This document shows, in pieces, positions 61,511 through 64,000 of a DNA stretch of 64,000 bases. The notes beneath the pieces were generated by a model. It had not been told where the DNA came from. It did not search any database and saw nothing but the letters and a program-made list of their open reading frames with translations. Source of the DNA: Thermodesulfobacteriota bacterium (GTDB taxonomy: Bacteria > Desulfobacterota_D > UBA1144 > Nemesobacterales > UBA2774); contig OY729416.1 in assembly GCA_963422265.1 (NCBI GenBank), positions 1,568,001 to 1,632,000 on the forward strand, written 5' to 3'. The translations under genes and the position numbers were made by a program. Position 1 is the first letter of the stretch. Each line of letters begins with the position of its first letter.

Positions 61511-62377
61511 TTAGGAATAATCAAAAAACCCCTTTCCAGACTTCCTTCCAAGCCAGCCAGCCCTTACCATTTGGCGTAGAAGGGGAGCGGCGCGGAATTT
61601 TGAATCCTGAAACTCTTTGTAGAAAACGTCCATGATATCCACCGTTACGTCAAGCCCTATCAAGTCCATGAGCGCAAGTGGACCTATGGGCTGGTTGGTT
61701 CCGAGCTTCATTGCCTTATCAATGTCTTCAGCGCTACCAACCCTGTCCTGATAAGCGAACACGGCTTCATTCAACATAGGAACCAGGATTCTATTTACTA
61801 TAAAGCCAGGGTTATCCTTAGTTTTGACAGGTTCCTTGCCAAGCGCAGCGGCGAAACCGCATGCGAACTGTAGAGTTTCTTCAGACGTCGTAAGGGCTTT
61901 AATCACCTCGACAAGCTTCATAACGGGCGCAGGATTGAAGAAGTGCATTCCTACAACCTTATCGGGTCTGCTTGTGCTTACGGCGATTTCCACTATAGAA
62001 AGCGATGAGGTATTGGTCGCAAGCACAACGTCCGAACCGGTAAATTCATCAAGCTTTTGATAAATCTCTCTTTTTACTTTCATATCCTCAAACGCCGCCT
62101 CTATTACAAGGTCAACATCCTCAAGTTTCTGAAAGTCCTGACTTGTCCGTATCAAAGATAAGATAGAAGATTTATCTTCTTTGTTAATGCGCTCTTTTTT
62201 TACGAGTCTTGAGAGGCTGTTTTCAATGCCTTTTACTCCCCTATCCAAAGCGGAGCCGCTAACGTCTATAAGAATGACTTCTCTATTATTTGAGCCTAAT
62301 ACCTGAGCTATACCAGCACCCATAGTCCCTGCCCCGATAACCCCAACTTTCTTTATATCCTCTACTCTTTTTAACAT
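61511..62377 (-). CDS. 3-hydroxybutyryl-CoA / 3-hydroxyacyl-CoA dehydrogenase
   Basis: GAGTMGAGIA, TNTSSL, GMHFFNPAPVM, PGFIVNR; ATG 62377 with AAGGAG SD. Confidence 0.93.
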   Translation of the reverse strand: MLKRVEDIKKVGVIGAGTMGAGIAQVLGSNNREVILIDVSGSALDRGVKGIENSLSRLVKKERINKEDKSSILSLIRTSQDFQKLEDVDLVIEAAFEDMKVKREIYQKLDEFTGSDVVLATNTSSLSIVEIAVSTSRPDKVVGMHFFNPAPVMKLVEVIKALTTSEETLQFACGFAAALGKEPVKTKDNPGFIVNRILVPMLNEAVFAYQDRVGSAEDIDKAMKLGTNQPIGPLALMDLIGLDVTVDIMDVFYKEFQDSKFRAAPLLRQMVRAGWLGRKSGKGFFDYS

Positions 62378-62523
62378 GATATTCTCCTTTTTGGAATTCT
62401 CTAATCTTCGCATTTGCGAATATGTATGCTTATTATACATAACTATTTCTTTTCTCAAGCCCTATACGAATCCTAGCGCCGAAATATTTGAATCAGAACC
62501 GTCAGCCAATTAAAATATCTCTT

Positions 62524-63123
62524 GTGAAAATAATCGGTCTCACTGGTAACATTGCCTGCGGAAAAAGCGTCGTGGCTGATATGCTTAAGGGGTTAGGAGC
62601 GAGCACTATTGACGCTGATAGGATAGCCCGATGCGTAGTAGAGCCTGAAAAGCCTGGCTGGAAGGATATAGTTGCGGAATTTGGACGGGGGATTCTCAAT
62701 CCTGACGGCGCTATTGATAGAAAAAAACTCGGAGAAATTATATTTAACAATGAAGCTAAAAGGAAGGCTCTAAACAGTGTTATCCATCCTAAAATTAAAG
62801 AAGGGATTCTAATAAATTTGAAGAAGCATGAAAACGCTAAAACCTCAGTCGTAATTATAGAAGCGGCGTTAATAATAGAGAACGAGGGCTGGCTAAACAC
62901 TCTAGTGAATGGCTTAATCGTTGTAATTTCCGACGACGAGGTACAACTCAAAAGGCTAATGGAACGAAGCGGTTTTTCAAAAGAAGAAGCCCTTGCGCGC
63001 GTTAGTTCTCAGATGCCCACGTCTCAGAAAGTGGCGCGTGCGGATTACGTTATAGATAATTCAGGTTCTCTAGATGAGACCATGCGTCAAGTCAAATCTA
63101 TATGGGGCAAGATTTCCGTATAG
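62524..63123 (+). CDS. coaE: Dephospho-CoA kinase
   Basis: GLTGNIACGKS, DAD, IHP, SQMP; GTG 62524. Confidence 0.95.
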   Translation: MKIIGLTGNIACGKSVVADMLKGLGASTIDADRIARCVVEPEKPGWKDIVAEFGRGILNPDGAIDRKKLGEIIFNNEAKRKALNSVIHPKIKEGILINLKKHENAKTSVVIIEAALIIENEGWLNTLVNGLIVVISDDEVQLKRLMERSGFSKEEALARVSSQMPTSQKVARADYVIDNSGSLDETMRQVKSIWGKISV

Positions 63124-63192
63124 CTCACTTTCTTGATATTTCGGATTTTACATAGTAGATTTCCCGTTCTGCGTTAAGCTTCAAAGGAGCTA

Positions 63193-64000
63193 ATGATGAG
63201 AGAAAAGATTGAAATTCTTGAACAAAGAGAAAGAGAAGCGGAACTCGGGGGCGGAGAGGCTAGGATAAAGAAGCAGCACGATACCGGAAAACTCACTGCA
63301 CGGGAGCGCATAGACTTTCTTTTAGATAAAGATACTTTCGTAGAGCTTGATAAATTCGTGGTTCATAGGTGTAACGATTTTGGGATGAATAACAAAAAGG
63401 TCCTGGGCGATGGCGTAGTAACGGGTTACGGGAAAATAGATGGACGCAAAATATTCGTTTACGCTCAGGATTTCACGGTATTTGGCGGCTCGCTGGGGAT
63501 GGGGCATGGAAGAAAGATATGCAAGATAATGGATCTTGCAATGAAAGTAGGGGCGCCGATAATTGGGCTTAGTGACTCAGGGGGTGCTAGAATCCAAGAA
63601 GGGGTGGAGAGCCTAGCGGGTTACGCCGAAATCTTCTATAGAAACGTAATCGCATCAGGGGTTGTGCCTCAAATTTCCGCGGTTATGGGTCCAAGCGCGG
63701 GTGGTGCGGTTTACTCGCCCGCAATCACCGACTTTACGTTTATGGTAAAAAACACAAGCTATATGTTTATCACTGGGCCAGACGTTATTAAAGCGGTAAC
63801 GCACGAGGAAGTAAATTCTGAAGAGCTAGGCGGAGCCATGGTCCACAATTCTAAGAGTGGAGTAGCGCACTTCGCCGCTGGGGACGATAAGGAATGTGTT
63901 ACGTTAATAAGGGAATTGCTAAGTTTCCTTCCATCAAACAATATGGAAGACCCACCGATGGTAAGCACGGACGACCCGATTGACCGCCGAGAAAAGGGTC
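63193..64000 (+). CDS. Acyl-CoA carboxylase beta (carboxyltransferase) subunit, truncated by window end
   Basis: Not in the ORF track: [11 protein letters not shown]...[47 protein letters not shown]. Confidence 0.93.
   Translation, partial: MMREKIEILEQREREAELGGGEARIKKQHDTGKLTARERIDFLLDKDTFVELDKFVVHRCNDFGMNNKKVLGDGVVTGYGKIDGRKIFVYAQDFTVFGGSLGMGHGRKICKIMDLAMKVGAPIIGLSDSGGARIQEGVESLAGYAEIFYRNVIASGVVPQISAVMGPSAGGAVYSPAITDFTFMVKNTSYMFITGPDVIKAVTHEEVNSEELGGAMVHNSKSGVAHFAAGDDKECVTLIRELLSFLPSNNMEDPPMVSTDDPIDRREKG

Overview
Bacterial chromosome segment with moderate-to-low GC and roughly 55 intact genes. The gene set (class II RNR, MlaE, outer-membrane protein, sigma54 promoter) fits a diderm, deltaproteobacteria-like organism; this is inference only. 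Most of the window is housekeeping: groESL, tsaC, uvrD, nth, nuoJKL, glnB-glnA, gcvT/H, a pentose-phosphate cluster, folate genes, ftsY-ribD-nadD-rsfS, dnaE, a Fur/Zur-led metal-uptake operon, nrdJ, rpmB, gltX, coaE and a partial carboxyltransferase. Three defence patches interrupt it: (i) 1-3830, AAA ATPase / XRE / type I hsdM followed by an NYN (PIN-like) nuclease gene that the ORF track missed; (ii) 9459-10500, a decayed EcoRV-like R-M pair; (iii) 36106-39421, two broken type II R-M pairs. The best candidate for an undescribed system lies at the left edge on the minus strand: promoter, then a ~170-nt structured RNA with two near-identical hairpin repeats around a third hairpin, then a U-tract terminator, then the NYN nuclease gene. 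This is a type III toxin-antitoxin-like layout sitting where hsdS would usually follow hsdM. Other notable signals: small palindromic elements sitting in frame inside genes, strongly purine-loaded groESL, a CruR/DUF2946-like RSPP peptide inside the metal operon, G8-tract frameshifts in R-M genes, a probable ATA start for rsfS, and several apparently leaderless genes. All family names come from motif recognition by eye, not from database searches.
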